From Eledone cirrhosa (lineage: Eukaryota), in NCBI GenBank assembly GCA_964016885.1, contig OZ024740.1, forward strand, positions 238,886,001 through 238,950,000: a stretch of 64,000 nt of DNA. The letters are read 5' to 3'. Shown here piece after piece: positions 1-13,643 of the stretch (positions are counted from its first letter, which is position 1; the number at the start of each line of letters is the position of its first letter). Under the pieces are notes generated by a model. It was not told where the DNA came from. It made no database searches and worked only from the letters and a program-made list of their open reading frames with translations. A program made the position numbers and the translations under genes.

Positions 1-1093
1 ACCACCTTACGAGGTGCCTAACAGAATAACTTTCTTTCTCGGAAAGTCGTACAAAAACCTGATATGAAATGCCATCATTGTTGGTTTACCAGATCAATAT
101 AACAGCTTTGGCAATTACATTTTTTAACTGGTGATGCTAGAATTAACCGTTGTTAACAGTCCGCTCAACTTTGACCTTTATTTCTGAACTAACTCCGTAC
201 AAAAAAAAAAAAATAATAAATGAGTCAGAAGGACTCTTCAGCAGTGTCAAAGACATGACAACCTCTTTAGTGCTGGTTCCACAATAAAATGCACTTCGTA
301 GAGCATGAGATTGGTTTGTAAGTGAGATGCAGGACCCTGACTCACTTGAACACTTGGAATGTGAGAACAAGTGAAATGCAGTCCACCAGTCAATGTGAAA
401 GGTCAGTAACTCCACTTGAGTACTGGCTTGGTCAGTAATGACCTGTCCAACCCTTGTTAGCAGAGAAAAACGGATGTTAAATGATGATGATGAAAATTAA
501 AACAACTGTTATCTCTTTTATTAACTCGGTTCAGGGATAAAAATTAAATTCTTGTTTTTTTTTACTTTTTATTCAGGGAGGAAATGACTACCTGTGATCC
601 TTTTCAGGGCCTCTGACACTGGGAGGGAGATTTGACCTAAATACTTATAATAGAGTGGCTCTACTAAAGACACCCAAGGGTCAAAGTGGTGCTTTTAAAC
701 CATGCGATGGATTAAGTCTACCACCCAATTAGGCCACAGCGGGATTTGAATCCAGGATATAAAAAGCTGGAACAAATACTTCAAGGCATCACTGATGTGC
801 TAATAATTCCATTAATTTTCAATCCTAGACTGGTAATTTATTTTATATACTTCAAAATGATTAAAGGCAAAGTTGATCTCGATGGGATTTGAATGAACAT
901 CACAGGGTATTTTTTCCTGTGCTGTTATGACGCTGCCAATTTTCAACCTGTAATTTTACAGTTTTATCAGACTTTGGAATTTTCTGGGGGGTGTTTTGCC
1001 TGTTTACTTATTTTAAACATAATCTAGTGTCACCTGTGTAACTGTATGTTGCTACATATTTATATGCATGCTGCTGTTGTTTTTCTGTTGTAG

Positions 1094-1226
1094 CTCAACA
1101 GATATTGCTATTAACAATGGAGATGATACTGATGACAATGAAGATATGGATTATGATTCTAAAGACCAAACTTCAAATGATCCTCGGAGTAAACCGAAAT
1201 ATTTAGAGAGGGTTGGGTCGTACACT
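1094..1226 (+). CDS. ZC3HC1: ZC3HC1/NIPA-like nuclear basket zinc-finger protein, first in-window coding exon (upstream exon not found)
   Basis: Acceptor ttttctgttgtag at 1081-1093. Encodes ...DPRSKPKYLERVGSYT, resembling vertebrate SKEAFFSRVETF. Ends at the U12-type donor GTATCCTTT (1227), phase 0. Confidence 0.85.
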
Positions 1227-3827
1227 GTATCCTTTGATCATTATCTTTTTCTTTTTTTTTTTTGGGAGATCAGTGGTGGTGTCTAATAACCCTTTCGTTA
1301 CCATATTTCTAATGAAAGACACTGCTTATGATTTCAAATCAGATATTTGGTGGGATTTTGTAATATAACTAATTTTCTTATTATTAAGCTGGTGTTTTGT
1401 GATATAAATAGAATCGCACAAAAAATATTTAGAGTTTTTAAGAGTTATGTATACTTATAAAAAAAATCGTTTTATTAGTACAATTAGTATAGTTTTCCAA
1501 ACAATTGGTTTAAATTAAAGTTAATTCTGATGGAAGGTTTTTAAATAAATGTAAACACTTCAAAATGGGTAGTTTTGTATTGTGGTCACCTCGTACAAAG
1601 TAACATTTATTTTCTTTGACATCCAACTGTTCCTAACAATACACACATATATACAGTATGGTTTTTATAAAAATGGAGATTTGTTTGTGTGTTGTGCATT
1701 TATACTTATACATGATTGAAAATAATTTTATTCTAAAGGTGGGTGATAATATTAATTACTAAGTATGAATGGATGACCATCACTTGAAGATTTATGTAAA
1801 ATTGGATGCTTAAAATTTAATATGCATTCATAAGCATCTATTTCTCTCTTTTCTCTCTCTATCTGTCTGACTGTATGTATCTATATATAGCTAATAATAT
1901 AAGGACGATTTGTGAGGCCTTCATTACGTTTATTGATTGGTGACACGCATTTCGCTACTGATCAGCTCAAGGTTCGGTCTGTATCAATCTGGCCTAACTC
2001 TGGAATCAAAAGCTCATTAGACCTCTGCTGTTGTATTGACAGAATGAACATATAAATGTCTAACATTTCGCGTTCATATGGTGGTCAATTTATGTTGTTT
2101 TGATTGGTGGTTTAGCTATGAGGAATGTTTTGGCATGTGTGGTGGTGGTGGGCGGGGGGTGGGGTGGGGGTGAGCATAGTGATGAGATAGTGGTGAGGAG
2201 CGATGGTTGATGTGAGTTGTGGGGTGTGTTTTGGCTTGCCATAGACATGTCGGCGTGTACGTGGTGAGGTGGAGGGGCTGTGCATGATAGGACATGAAAG
2301 AATGCGGTGTTGTACTAGGGGTAGGGGGTTTCTGCTAGTCATCAGTTTGTCACGGAAGAGTGAGTGGACATAGGGGAGAGTATATAACAAGGGTAATTGG
2401 TGGGAAGATCAAGTTGGTGAAGTTATACCAAAAAATCTCAAGCTCAATGTGCTTCAATAATCAGCAAATAAAACAAATTTATTCATCCATGGTGTAATCA
2501 TTAAAATATTGGGTAAACAAATCTCTTTTATTGTATGAGTGTAAGTACACTGAGCATTTAAATATTAAATCCAGGAATTTAAGTTATTTTAAAAAATGTC
2601 TTAAATACCTTCAGAATTCCTGGATTTATTACACGCATTTATATATAGATGTATATATCATCATCATCGTTTAACGTCCATCTTCCACGCTAGCATGGGT
2701 TAGACTTGTTTGTCCCACTTGAGGCAAGTTGGGTCGGGTGACCATGTCTCGCTCGTACAGGACTATTTGTCTGGTTTTCTACTGCTGGATGCCCTTCCTA
2801 ACTCCAACCACATTTACAGTGTGGACTGGGTGCTTTTTGTTGTGCCACCTACATGACCACTTTACAGTGTGGGCTGGATGTTTTGTGGTGCCAACATAAC
2901 TTTACTGAGAAAGGGTGGTGTGGGAGGAAGGTGTAGAGGTGAGGGGCATATATATATTTACACACTGTAAAGTGGCCATGTAGGAGACACAGTAAAAAGG
3001 CTCCCATTCCACACTGTAAATGTGGTTGGCGTTAGGAAGGGCAGCCATCTGTAGAAAACCAACCAGGAACAGTTCATCCGACCAATCTTGCCTCAAGTGG
3101 GACAAATATTAAATGATGATGGATATATATATATTTTCTTTGTTAGCGGGGGCTACCGATATGTTTATAGTGTAGGTTTTCATATACACCCCTATTATGC
3201 TTAAATACTGTCTTAGTGTTAATGCCAATTAATTATAACCAGCCAAGTTCACACTATATGCAAATTAATATTTCCAGCTGATATTTTCTATTTGCTATGC
3301 AAAATTCTATATAGATTCTAGTCTATTTCCATGACAGTACTGGTTAACAAATCTTGAAACAGTGTTGTCTGGCATTCTTGACCCAACTGACAACCCTGTG
3401 ACATGTTTATGGAGAAAAATAATTTTTACGTTATGAAAATATAAGTGAGGCTACCCATATGTTTATTGTATATAAACATATAGTATATGTTTTCATATAC
3501 ACCTCTATTATGTTTGAATGTTGTCTTGGTGCTACTGCCAATTTATATATGTATATTTAGGCAAACCTTTAGATGTAGTTTATCATTACAGCTTAGTCTC
3601 AGATGAACTCTGATTCAGCCAATCTTTGACCAAGGGCTTTCCATTGGTCTTAGAATGTCTAATGTGTCTTCCATTGAGATGATAGGTGTGATTTGCAGAA
3701 AGTTTAGCTGCTACTTCTAGCAAGTTGAGTGACTACTTCGAGGTTCTTTTTGTTGGCTAATCTAACCTATGTTTTCTTTTGTTTTATTTTTATGATAAAT
3801 GTCATTTTCTCCTTAACCAAATCAAAG
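1227..3827 (+). other. U12-type (minor spliceosome) GT-AG intron
   Basis: 5' site GTATCCTTT. Branch point TCCTTAAC at 3810-3817, ~10 nt before the AG (3826-3827), with no polypyrimidine tract. Joins the two exons in frame. Confidence 0.92.
2658..3120. repeat. Inverted pair of short RTE-tail (Ceph-SINE-like) repeats
   Basis: 2658-2880 (-) and ~3005-3120 (+) share gctggatgcccttcctaac / gttaggaagggcagcc and (CAT)n/(GAT)n tails. The family recurs at ~250-492, 7905-8060, 9660-10000, 15975-16290, 27185-27470 and 29740-30020. Confidence 0.75.
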
Positions 3828-3978
3828 GTTAGGACTTGGTTTGCTAAACCCGTGTCTTTATCACCGATGATCTGTGCTCGTTATGGTTGGCAGAACACAG
3901 ATGTTGATATTCTTCACTGTGTTTGTTGTAAAGCTGTTCTCTGTGCCAAGTTGCCAGACTCTTCCAAATATGAATCCT
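3828..3978 (+). CDS. ZC3HC1: ZC3HC1 exon, first C3HC zinc finger (CxxC half)
   Basis: VRTWFAKPVSLSPMICARYGWQNTDVDILHCVCCKAVLC matches the NIPA motif W.gKP..LSP..CA.YGW....C..C...LC. Donor GTAAGT at 3979, phase 1. Confidence 0.95.
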
Positions 3979-4964
3979 GTAAGTATAGAAAACTTTAATA
4001 TTTAATTCATTTCCAGATGAACACTAATTGCTCACCAAATGTAGACTCCATGTGTACATATCACCCACTCCACTGTTTCCTGATGTAGAGCCTACATTCT
4101 CCAGGTGTACACTTCACACCCCACTACATGTACATTCCATTCTCCCCCTCTAAATGTACACTTCACATACCTCTCAAGGTGGATTTTCTAACCCCCTCTA
4201 GAAGTGCATTGCACCCCTTTTCTACATGTACATTCCACTCACTACTCTGTGTACACTCCACACTACCCCTCTTGGTGTCCACATCCACCCCCTCTTAATG
4301 TACACTCCACCCCTCTCTAGATATACTCCCTACACTCTCCCGATATACACTCTGCACCTGCCAAATATACCCACCACACCTAGATATACTTTACAGTTTC
4401 AAGATATACACTCCACACTAGATGTATTCTACTCACTCACTAAATGCACACATTGCAAACAGTAAAAAAGTAATCATATGCAGCTATCGAAAATTGATTT
4501 TATTTTTTTATTTGCATGTGTATCTGGTTGAGACTAGATACACCATTTCCTTCATCATCTTCATTTCACATCCATTTTACCATGCTACCATGGGTTGGAT
4601 TGGGTTGGCACAAATACCGAATTAAAGATAGCGAGCTTCGTTTTTATGCCTACCTCCTTTCTTCTGATTACTGAATGCTGAAGCTGGCACTTTACAACAC
4701 CAGCTCCTGCAATTCTTGCACTTAATTCATCCTCCTGCCTTCCATCACTCGTGAACACAGCCCCGAGATACTTGAACTTCTCTGTCTGCTTTACATGTAG
4801 AATTCACTGCGCAGGCTTCCTTGAGGAGGTGAGTGTCTCGGCTTTCGCAGCACTGCTTTTCATTCCAGCCATGCAGAACTTGGCATCAAACTTATCAAGT
4901 GCAAGTTGGAGATCACCTTCTGTCAAGTTCAGTAACACCATCATCATCATCATACTTGCAAGGG

Positions 4965-6900
4965 TGGGACGGGTCTTCCTCTACTACGTCTTCCTTCAAC
5001 TGGCATTTCTTTATCCAGCGGTCATCCTCCATGCGCATCACATGTCCATACCATTGCAGTCTTCTCTCCCGCACACTACAACTTATCCCTCTTAAACACA
5101 GTTTCTCTCTCAACACATCCATGCTTGGTCGTTCACGCACATTGACGTTGCACATCCAACAGAGCATGCTTGCCTCATTTCTCTCCAGCCGTCGCATATC
5201 CTCTGCAGTTGCTACCCATGTGTCACTAACATGCAGCTCACACAGGCATCATATAACCGGCCTTTCGTACGCAGGGAGAAACCCTTCGTCAGCAGAGCAA
5301 GCAGCTCCCTAAATTTCTTCCAACCCGTCCTTATTCTAGATACTATGGCCCCGGAACCCCCCCCCCCCCCCCCCCTCCCATGCTAATCTGATCACCTAGG
5401 TACCGGAAGCTTTCAACCACTTCTATAGAACCCACCTGCATTTGAAAAATGTGTCTATCAATGCGACTTCTACTGTCTAATTTACCTGTACATCTACTGC
5501 ATACATATTTCTCCCTTCCTGTTAGTTTGCCTGTTATCCCACTACATCTTTTGTGTACCCAAGATCTGCATTGTGTACATTTTATAGAATTTATGCCAGT
5601 TCCTTTTCTGCATATCGAACATGGTCATTTCCCTGACGAAATCAGAGTTTTGTCCTCTTTTCTACTCATCAATACTTTTGTCTTAGCTGGGTTCACTCAG
5701 TCCTCTTAATTCCAACTGCTGTTTCCATAGCCAGAATTTGTTCTCTAACTCCTCTACTATTTCTGCTATAAGAACAGATCGTCAGCATAGAGAAGTTCCC
5801 ATGGGCAGCTAGTCTTAAACTCCTCTGTTATGGCTTGGAGGACTATAACGAACAAGAGCGGGCTGAGGACCGAACCCTGATGTAATCTGGCATTCCTCAC
5901 TAAACTCCATTCCTACCCTCACTTTACTGACAGCACCTCTGTACAAAGCTTGCACTGTCCTCACAAGCCATTCCTCAACACCTATTTTCCTTAGAGACCA
6001 CCAGATGACAGATCGGGGTACCCTATCAAAGGCCTTCTCTAGGTCAACAAAAGCTAAGTATAGTGGCTTATTCTTCTCTAAGAACCTCTCCTGTAGTTGT
6101 CTCACTAAGAAGATGGCATCTGTTGTACTTTTCCCAGACACAAACCCAAACTGCATCTCATTTAATTTGACCCTTTCTCTAATTAGTTGCACTAATATCC
6201 TTTCTGTCACTTTCATAACCTGATCCATCAGTTTTATACCCCTATAATTGCTCCTCTCCAGAGCATCCCCTTTACCTTTGTAGCAATTTATGAGAATACT
6301 GCTGCACCAGTCTTTGGGTATGACACCGCCATATATAGCCTGATTGATGATGCGTGCAACCAGTTTAGTGTCTACATCCCCTGTTGCCTTCAGCATCTCA
6401 GCAACTATCCCTGACCGTCCAGCGGCCTTACCATTTTTCATTTCCTTAATCGCCTCTTGGACCCTATATTCGTCAATCTCAATAGCTGGTCCCTCTGTTG
6501 GATTTACTGGGGGTAATTTCTCTCTCTCCCATTCGTTCTCCACATTCATCAGTCCCTCATAATGACATTTCCAGGCCTCCTTTTTCCTGATCATTCTTGA
6601 CACTAAGTACATGGGCATCATTCCGGACACATTTATCTCCAACAACATCCTGATTTGCACTGACACACTGCCTTGCAATGCAGAACACTGCACGTCTCTG
6701 ATCCTCCCGTCGCAGAACATTGGCAAACCTCCTACTCTCAGCCTCCCTGCGTGCTAAGTACACCTGGCGTCTAGCTTCTCTCTTAACGGCTTGTATCCTT
6801 CTCTACTCCCACCATTTTTCCAAGCGTTACATGCTAGTCTTTTGTCTCTAATGGTTCTATCTACCGTGCTGTTCTACCACCAGGTCACTCTCTGTCTGGT
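4965..6900 (-). mobile_element. RTE (BovB-like) LINE, degraded RT, intronic
   Basis: ORF 5815..6726 has YKGKGD...NYRGI...QFGF...FVDLEKAFDRV. YADD at ~5780. C-terminal LQWYGHV.RM. Confidence 0.95.
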
Positions 6901-7890
6901 TATGTCAATCCTGTTCATATAAATAATGAACAGGAGAGATGACAGTATGCACTCTTGGTGGAGTCCAACTCCCATATTGAATGGTTTTGATTTTAGCATC
7001 ATTTATCCAAACACAAATACTCGGGCATTCTTATAGAGACATCAGGGCATCAAGGAGCTGACTATCGATCCCATACTCCTGCAGAATCTTTCACAGCAGG
7101 TCCCGAGAACACGGTCATATGCCCTTTTAAGGTTGACAAAACAAGAATATACCTCTTAGCAATATTTCCATAATTTCTTGAAGACCTGCCGCAATGTAAA
7201 TATTTGGTCGGCTGTGCTGCATCTCGAGTGAAAACCACACTGTTCATCAGCTTGCTTGGACTCAACAATTTCCCTGCATCTCTTTGCCAGACACTTAGCA
7301 TAGACTTTACTGGGGAGGCTTAACAAGGAGATCTCTCTGTAATTGGAACAAGTTCAAGTATCTCGGGGCTGTGTTAATGAGTGATGGATGGCAGGAGGTT
7401 GAATTAAATACAAGAATTGCAGGAGTTGGTGCAGTAATGCTCTAGTTTCAGTAATCAGAAGAAGGGAGGTAGGTGTAAAATCCTAACTCACTATCTTCAA
7501 TTCAGTTTCTTACCTATGGTCATGAATCTTAGGTGATGACTGAAAGAATACAAACGGCCGAAATGGGATTCCTCCGAAGGGTCTTTGAAGTAACGTTACT
7601 CGATAGTGTTTAGCTCAGAGATCAAAGAGTCACTTCCAGGCAGAGCCGCTACTTCTCCAAATTGAGAGATCACAGCTCCGATACTATGGGCATATGGTTA
7701 GAATGTCTCAGGAAAGAATCGCTGGACAGATTTTACTGGCAAAACCAACTGGCAGGAGACCCAGGAGTAGACCTCGAGCAAGATGGTTGGATAACATCCT
7801 TGAGTTTGGCTGCTTCTGACAGGATCTGCTGGAAGGAGTGTTTGAGGACTCTGTGCCCACGACCCTTTCAGAGAGAAGTGGGTGAAGAAG
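6901..7890. mobile_element. Second RTE family with 5' inversion (6901-7350 on -, 7350-7890 on +)
   Basis: Minus part gives GVGLHQ.C.LS.LLFIIYM. Plus part gives KFKYLG...AEMGFLRRV...LRYYGH. Ends in gaagaagaag. Related pieces at 4610-4930 (-), 10275-10651 (-) and 39010-39706 (+). Confidence 0.85.
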
Positions 7891-9000
7891 AAGAGCATGG
7901 ATTAGACAAGTTGTCCTGTTGTGAGTCAAGTCAGGTCAGATGACTGTCTTGCGCATACAGAACTGTTTCTGGTTTGGATTCTATGGCTGGATGCCCTTCT
8001 TAATGCCAACCATATTTACAGTGTGGACTGGGTGCATTTTGTGGTGAAACCAAAATGGCTACTTTACAAGGTGAACAGGGCGTTTTTGTCATGTCACCAA
8101 CCTGCCTATTCCACAAGGTGGACCAGGCGCCTTCTATTGTGCTACCAACAAGTCTACCTTACAGGTGCCGTCTGTGTGTCACCAACATGACTACTTTACA
8201 GGGTGGACTGGGTGCTTATTATTCATGTCAACAGCACGACCACCTTGCCAGGGGAACTAGTTGCTATTTTGTCATGTTACCTTACCATGAGGGCTAAGTA
8301 CTCTTTTGTCATAGCATCAACATGAGTACTTTACATGATGGACTAGAGGCTTTAGTGTCACCAACATGACCACCTTACAGGGTGGACTGAGAGCTATTAA
8401 CCATTGACCATTTCAGTAGCATTCTGGGAGAATGTGTTCATCTTTCCAAGCTTGTTATCAAAAGAGGTGTGTCAGATGTAAAAAGTGGAGATGGCATGTG
8501 TAGGGTGGGTGCTTAGCTGGTGATGGGTGGAGTGTTAAGACGTGGAAGGTGTATGAAAGAGAGGGGGAGAAGTTGTGCGTAATAGAGACTACTAGATGTT
8601 GCTTCATCTTGTGCATATGGGAAGGCGGGTCTTCTGCAGTACTGTATGGATGGGGGGGGGGGGGGGGGGGCAGAAGTGGTGCATACTAGAGGCCACTAGA
8701 TATTTCTACATCCCGTTCATATGGAAGGGGGGAAGTGGTGCATACTTGAGGCCACTAAATGTGCTACATCCTGTGCACATGGGAGGGTGGGTCTTCTGCA
8801 GTACTGCTTAACACCAGTGCTCTCAATCACATACTAGTCATGTAGGAGCTGCATCACATACTAGTCATGTAGGAGGACAGTGACTCAGAATAAAGACTAA
8901 TACAAGGACACCTTTGTCTTTGCAAGGATTGTTATGGACTCTTGCTATTTTCATGTGTGTCTGTATATATACTAAGATGTGCCTTTCTGTTTATTTCCAG

Positions 9001-9084
9001 ATAAAGAATTCTGTAAGAAACTGAAGAAGTCCCTGATTACATCCCATGAAGCATTGTGTCCGTGGCCATCTAATCCCAGTCCAG
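9001..9084 (+). CDS. ZC3HC1: ZC3HC1 exon, first zinc finger HxxxCxW half
   Basis: Acceptor tttccag. (Y)KEFCKKLKKSLITSHEALCPWPSNPSP resembles vertebrate ELKKALCTAHEKFCFWPDSPSP. Phases 1/1 fit the neighbouring exons. Confidence 0.93.
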
Positions 9085-9280
9085 GTTTGGAAATTATATT
9101 TGGTTTCTTTAATATTTACTTAGAGGATTGTTGTTGTCTCCTGTTAAATTGTTAGAGGTTACCAACAGCTGTATTAATAGTGCCTGTCTTATCACCTTAC
9201 ATTCATATAAGGGAGGAAAGCATATGAAAATTATGTTGTATCTTAATTTTCTGTTTCTTAGTCATCATTATAAGTATAAG

Positions 9281-9470
9281 GGCGGTGGATTGGCAGTATC
9301 GGTAGAGGGTCGGACGCCATGCTTTGACGCATAGAGTTACGGTCCTTGCCATTCTGAGTTCAAATCCTGCCGAGGTTAACTTTGCCTTTCATCCTTACGG
9401 GGTCGATAAAATAAAGTACCAGTAATGCACTGGGTAATTGCTGGCCTTGTGCCTAAAGTTGAAACAATTA
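9281..9470 (+). mobile_element. tRNA-derived SINE (~190 bp) with TSD
   Basis: A box TGGCAGTATCGG, B box GAGTTCAAATCC, core GCCTTTCATCCTTACGGGGTCGATAAAATAAAGTACCAG (Meta/MESC-like from memory). TSD attataagtat. Confidence 0.9.
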
Positions 9471-10274
9471 TAAGTATGTGACTTAAGATGTTATGTTGTT
9501 TATACATTTATTTTTTAATACTTCCCTACTGTTTCCATATCCATTGACATTTCTGTTTCTGTATACTGTAGGTCCTCAGTATATGCTTTTCACCCTTTTG
9601 GAAAATAAAAAAATAGATGAATAAATAATTAAACTAATAATAAGAATAATAATTATAACGAGGACCCTTCAGTCATGTCAAGGACATGACAACCTCCCTT
9701 GTGTTGGTGGTCTACATGATAAATGCACTTTGTACATGCTGTAAAGTGGTTGATGATAGAAAGGGCATCCAGCCATAGAAATCTTGCCAAACAAAGGGTT
9801 GGGAAGAACCTCAATCTTGTCAAAGGCATGACAACCTCTCGTGCACTCGGTGGAAGCTGAGACCGCACATAAGAGAGACACTGATTCCTGGCCTGCCTGG
9901 GAGATCAGTGACTCTGCTTCAGTACTGACTTGGCCTGTGTGGACCTGTCCAACCCTTACTAGCAGGGAAAGCAGATGTTAAAACAATGATGATGATGTTG
10001 ATGGTGATGGTAAATGCAGTGAGAGATCCTTATTTACATGATGATAGTCATAGCATGATATTTTCACTAATGTTGGTCTTGAAAAAAAATGAGAAAATCA
10101 AGTGTAACTTGCTTATCTATTTAGAATATATTCACACTTGAAGTATATTACTGGTACTAAAAAGAAAATGTTAATGATGGAAAATTTCTATAACATACCT
10201 GTTTGAATTTGAATGAACTGTTTTTGACTTGGCAGGAAATAAAATAAATTGGTAAAATAAAAAATTGTTTCTAT

Positions 10275-10651
10275 TTCTTCTTCGTTTTTGCCCACTTATT
10301 CCTGAGAGGGTCTTGGGGGAAGAGCCCTCAAACACTCCTTCCAGCAGGTCCTGTCAGAAGCAACAATCTCCAACTGACCCAGCTGGATCCCCAAGCGTGA
10401 TCAACCAAGCTCAAGGATGTTATCCAACCATCTTGCTCAGGGTCTACCCCTGGGTCTCCTGCCAGTTGGTTTTGCCTGTAAAATCTCCAGCTATTGTTTC
10501 CTGAGACATTCTAACCACATGCCCATAGTATCGGAGCTGTGATCTCTCAATTCAGAGAAGTAGCAGTTCTACCTGGGGTGACTCTCTGATCTCTGAGTTT
10601 AAGCACTTTATCGAGTAACATTACTCCAAAGACCCTTCGGAGGAATCCCAT
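10275..10651 (-). mobile_element. RTE 3' fragment (same family as 7350-7890)
   Basis: Reverse-complement similarity to 7560-7890; cttcttc tail. Confidence 0.85.
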
Positions 10652-10962
10652 TAAGTTTTCTATGATTATCTTCTTATTTCTCTCTCGTTTAAAACAGAAA
10701 AAGAGAGAAAGAAGGAAGAAGCTAATCACTGCCATAATCATGTCTAGAACTAAATATGAAATTTGAAAATATGAGAATCCTAGACTAAAATTGAGTAAAA
10801 TACCCCTAGAAACAGGAAAAAAAGTGGTTAGAGGCACCTTCTACTGATATTTTACCCAATTTTAAAGCTATTATTTATTAATTGACTGTCACATTTTCAA
10901 ATTTCAAATCTAGTGCTTTGATAATTCATAAGGTTTAAATATGAAATGTTTCATTTCTGTAG

Positions 10963-11093
10963 AGTATTATGCAATGATCAACTGCCACAACAAAGACAAA
11001 GTAATTCAAGGATTTTCTAGCAGAATCAACAAACTGGTAAAGTTGACTGAAGACAAATTGCCAAATGTCAACATGGATAAATGTAATGAGGAG
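10963..11093 (+). CDS. ZC3HC1: ZC3HC1 exon
   Basis: Acceptor tttctgtag, EYYAMINCHNKDKVIQGFSSRINKLVKLTEDKLPNV..., donor GTAATG. Phase-compatible (1/0). Confidence 0.85.
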
Positions 11094-12105
11094 GTAATGA
11101 TCTCTATTTCAACTCTCTTCTTCAATATCATTTTTGATAGTAGTGCTGTAATAGCAAAAGAAATAAAATATATTTTATCTCTTTTTTTAAAACTTAGTTC
11201 TAGAGTGAAGCAGCCAGATGACATATTTGTTAACATAATATATTTTCTATAACAAATAGCTTACTTCCAATGTCATTGAATATAGATGCAGTATAGCCCA
11301 ATAGTTAAGATGGTCACTTCACAACCATGTGGTTTTGGGGTTTGATCTTACTGCATGGCATCTTGGGCAAATGTCTTTTAATATAGCTCTGAGCCAACAT
11401 AGAGTGAAATTGGGTTGACAGAAACTGTTTGGAATCCTGTTAGATAGATTGTGCCTGTAAATCAAAGGACCAGCCTCATAACACACTGTCATGCTGAATC
11501 TCCCTGAAATTTACATTAAAGGTACATGTGTTTGGAATACTCAACCATTTACTAATTTAAAAAGTAAGCCATTCCATTAATCGAACAACTGGAACATTCA
11601 TTGAAACTCCAGAAAACCCATTTATTTAATGTCATTATTAAACTTTGAAATTTCTCATTGATTTTTTTCCCCTTCATTTACAATAATAATAAATAATTTA
11701 TCATTTGAGAGTTAATCATTAACTTCTTTTAGAGATTTCATAGTAATAAGAAGTGGTGGTTGGCTAATGTTAAGTTAGGTATTTGATTCACAGCTTAGTT
11801 CAAGTGACAGATGGCTTTATTTACTCTTCTTTATATTTTTTTAAATGATTCCATTCACTGTGTAACTGACCATGCTAGGGCACCACCTTTAAGAATTTAG
11901 TTGGTTATACTAGCTCCCAGTTCCTTGTTTGTTATGTCTCTAGAAGTTTAACTCATTACAGTTCTTTCGGTCATACTGATGCACTGTTGTAATATTATTT
12001 CAAAATTCTGTTGAATGCTGTAGTATACTTATATGATGTTGATAAATATATTAAATTATTTTTAATATATTTTAAATACTTTTTATTTTTACATTCATTT
12101 TATAG

Positions 12106-12227
12106 GTAATCTCATTAGATTTTTGGAATAAGTTGTGTGAAATCTTTGTTGCCAAATTCAAAGAATCTGATACAAAACCTAACTTTGGCAAATTAATACC
12201 GCTTGCTGTCTGTGGTTGGTCAACAAG
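12106..12227 (+). CDS. ZC3HC1: ZC3HC1 exon, start of second (Rsm1-like) finger
   Basis: Acceptor ttttatag, VISLDFW...LIPLAVCGWST (the conserved L.VCGW motif), donor GTTAGT. Phase 0/2. Confidence 0.9.
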
Positions 12228-13459
12228 GTTAGTTCTGTTATCTATACATTGCTTCGGCTGATGTCCTTTACTCAATTTTAGAGAAAGAGATTAAAAAACA
12301 ATACATGTGAATTCCAGTTTTTAGAATAAGTACACCATATCCCTCCACATCGTAAGAAGTAACTAAAAGGGTTACCATCAGGAAAGGCATCTGGCTGTAA
12401 AACATTGTAGCAAAACATTCCATCCAACACATGCCAACATGGAATGGTAGACATAAAAATGATGATGATGGCAGTAGATACATATTAGTTATTGTCGGTC
12501 AAGCAGGCCTGTGGTCAAATGCATTCCACTTACAATCATCTCATCTTCTTTTTTGACATTTTATCTAGAATTACACTATCCAAAGTGTCCTAATTTTTAA
12601 GATGGGATTTGAGGGAAATTTGGCTGCTATATCTAACAGGTTGAGTGATCATTCATTAACTCCCCTTTTAAGGTTGGCAGTCACTACTCAGGTGTAGTAA
12701 CTACAATCAATAGGAGATATTATCATTCTTGTTATGTATAGTTGAGTCAAAACATTAGTCTTTCATGTTTTCTTACAGTCATCTTCTGCTAATTCTTACC
12801 ACTTCAAGTGGTGAACATTATAGAAGGTAGACATTTGAGCTAGATACTCTAATATTATGCTGAGGTCAACTGGGAATATTTGCTATCAATATAGCAGGTG
12901 TTTTACCCTAAGATTAATAACTCCTCACCATGCCCTGTTATAACACCTGAGTATCAGATAAACAACTGCTATTAACATCCTTTATTGCATGAAATGCAGA
13001 CATTCTTGTGACTGCATCACATTAAAGTCTTTAGCTTACTGAAAATATTCGTGACAATCTCCACTAGTAAAGATAATATAAATATTTGAATTAACCAAAC
13101 TGTTTTTAGATGTTTTCTGCTAAATCATTACTGGATGCTTAAGAACAACTAATATAGACTGTTGCCTACTTTATGTTGTCTTACAAACTATTCACTTAAT
13201 CTCTGTTTGTCTTTAGTTATTCTGGCCAAAATGAGGAGTTTCCATGTCCTTCCTAACTAAAGAGTAAAGATGACATGATGCAGGAGTGTCAAATTAACTA
13301 CTAGTTGAGTAGATTAGAGGTTAGTGGTTTGTGGTACCACAATCAAATCTGATAATGATTAAAATAGATTAGCTACCAAATGCATTGTTTTGTTTTGTTT
13401 ATTTATGAAGACGACAAAATATGATCCTGGTTTTAAAGTTATTTTATATGTATCAACAG

Positions 13460-13643
13460 CCAGATTGAAGATGTAATTGTCTGCAAATACTGCCAACGTC
13501 ATATTGCTCTGTGGAATTATGTTCGAGTTGCAACATCACCTAATGTAAATGGACACGTGTTCACAAAAACATCCGAGACTCCACCACATACGAGGAAAAG
13601 AAAGAAGTCTAATAACACTGTAACTGAAAAACGTGTTAAACTT
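13460..13643 (+). CDS. ZC3HC1: ZC3HC1 exon with second CxxC and a basic NLS-like stretch
   Basis: DVIVCKYCQRHIALWNY (compare I.C..C.R.VGLW), then RKRKK...KRVKL. Donor GTAAGT at 13644. Phase 2/0. Confidence 0.92.

Noticed and set aside
3150-3545. ~85-bp diverged direct repeat in the U12 intron as a snoRNA pair
   Set aside because: No convincing C/D or H/ACA boxes. Treated as a local duplication.
9281-9375. SINE heads as tRNA genes
   Set aside because: They have A and B boxes but no proper cloverleaf, and are followed by the SINE core and flanked by TSDs.
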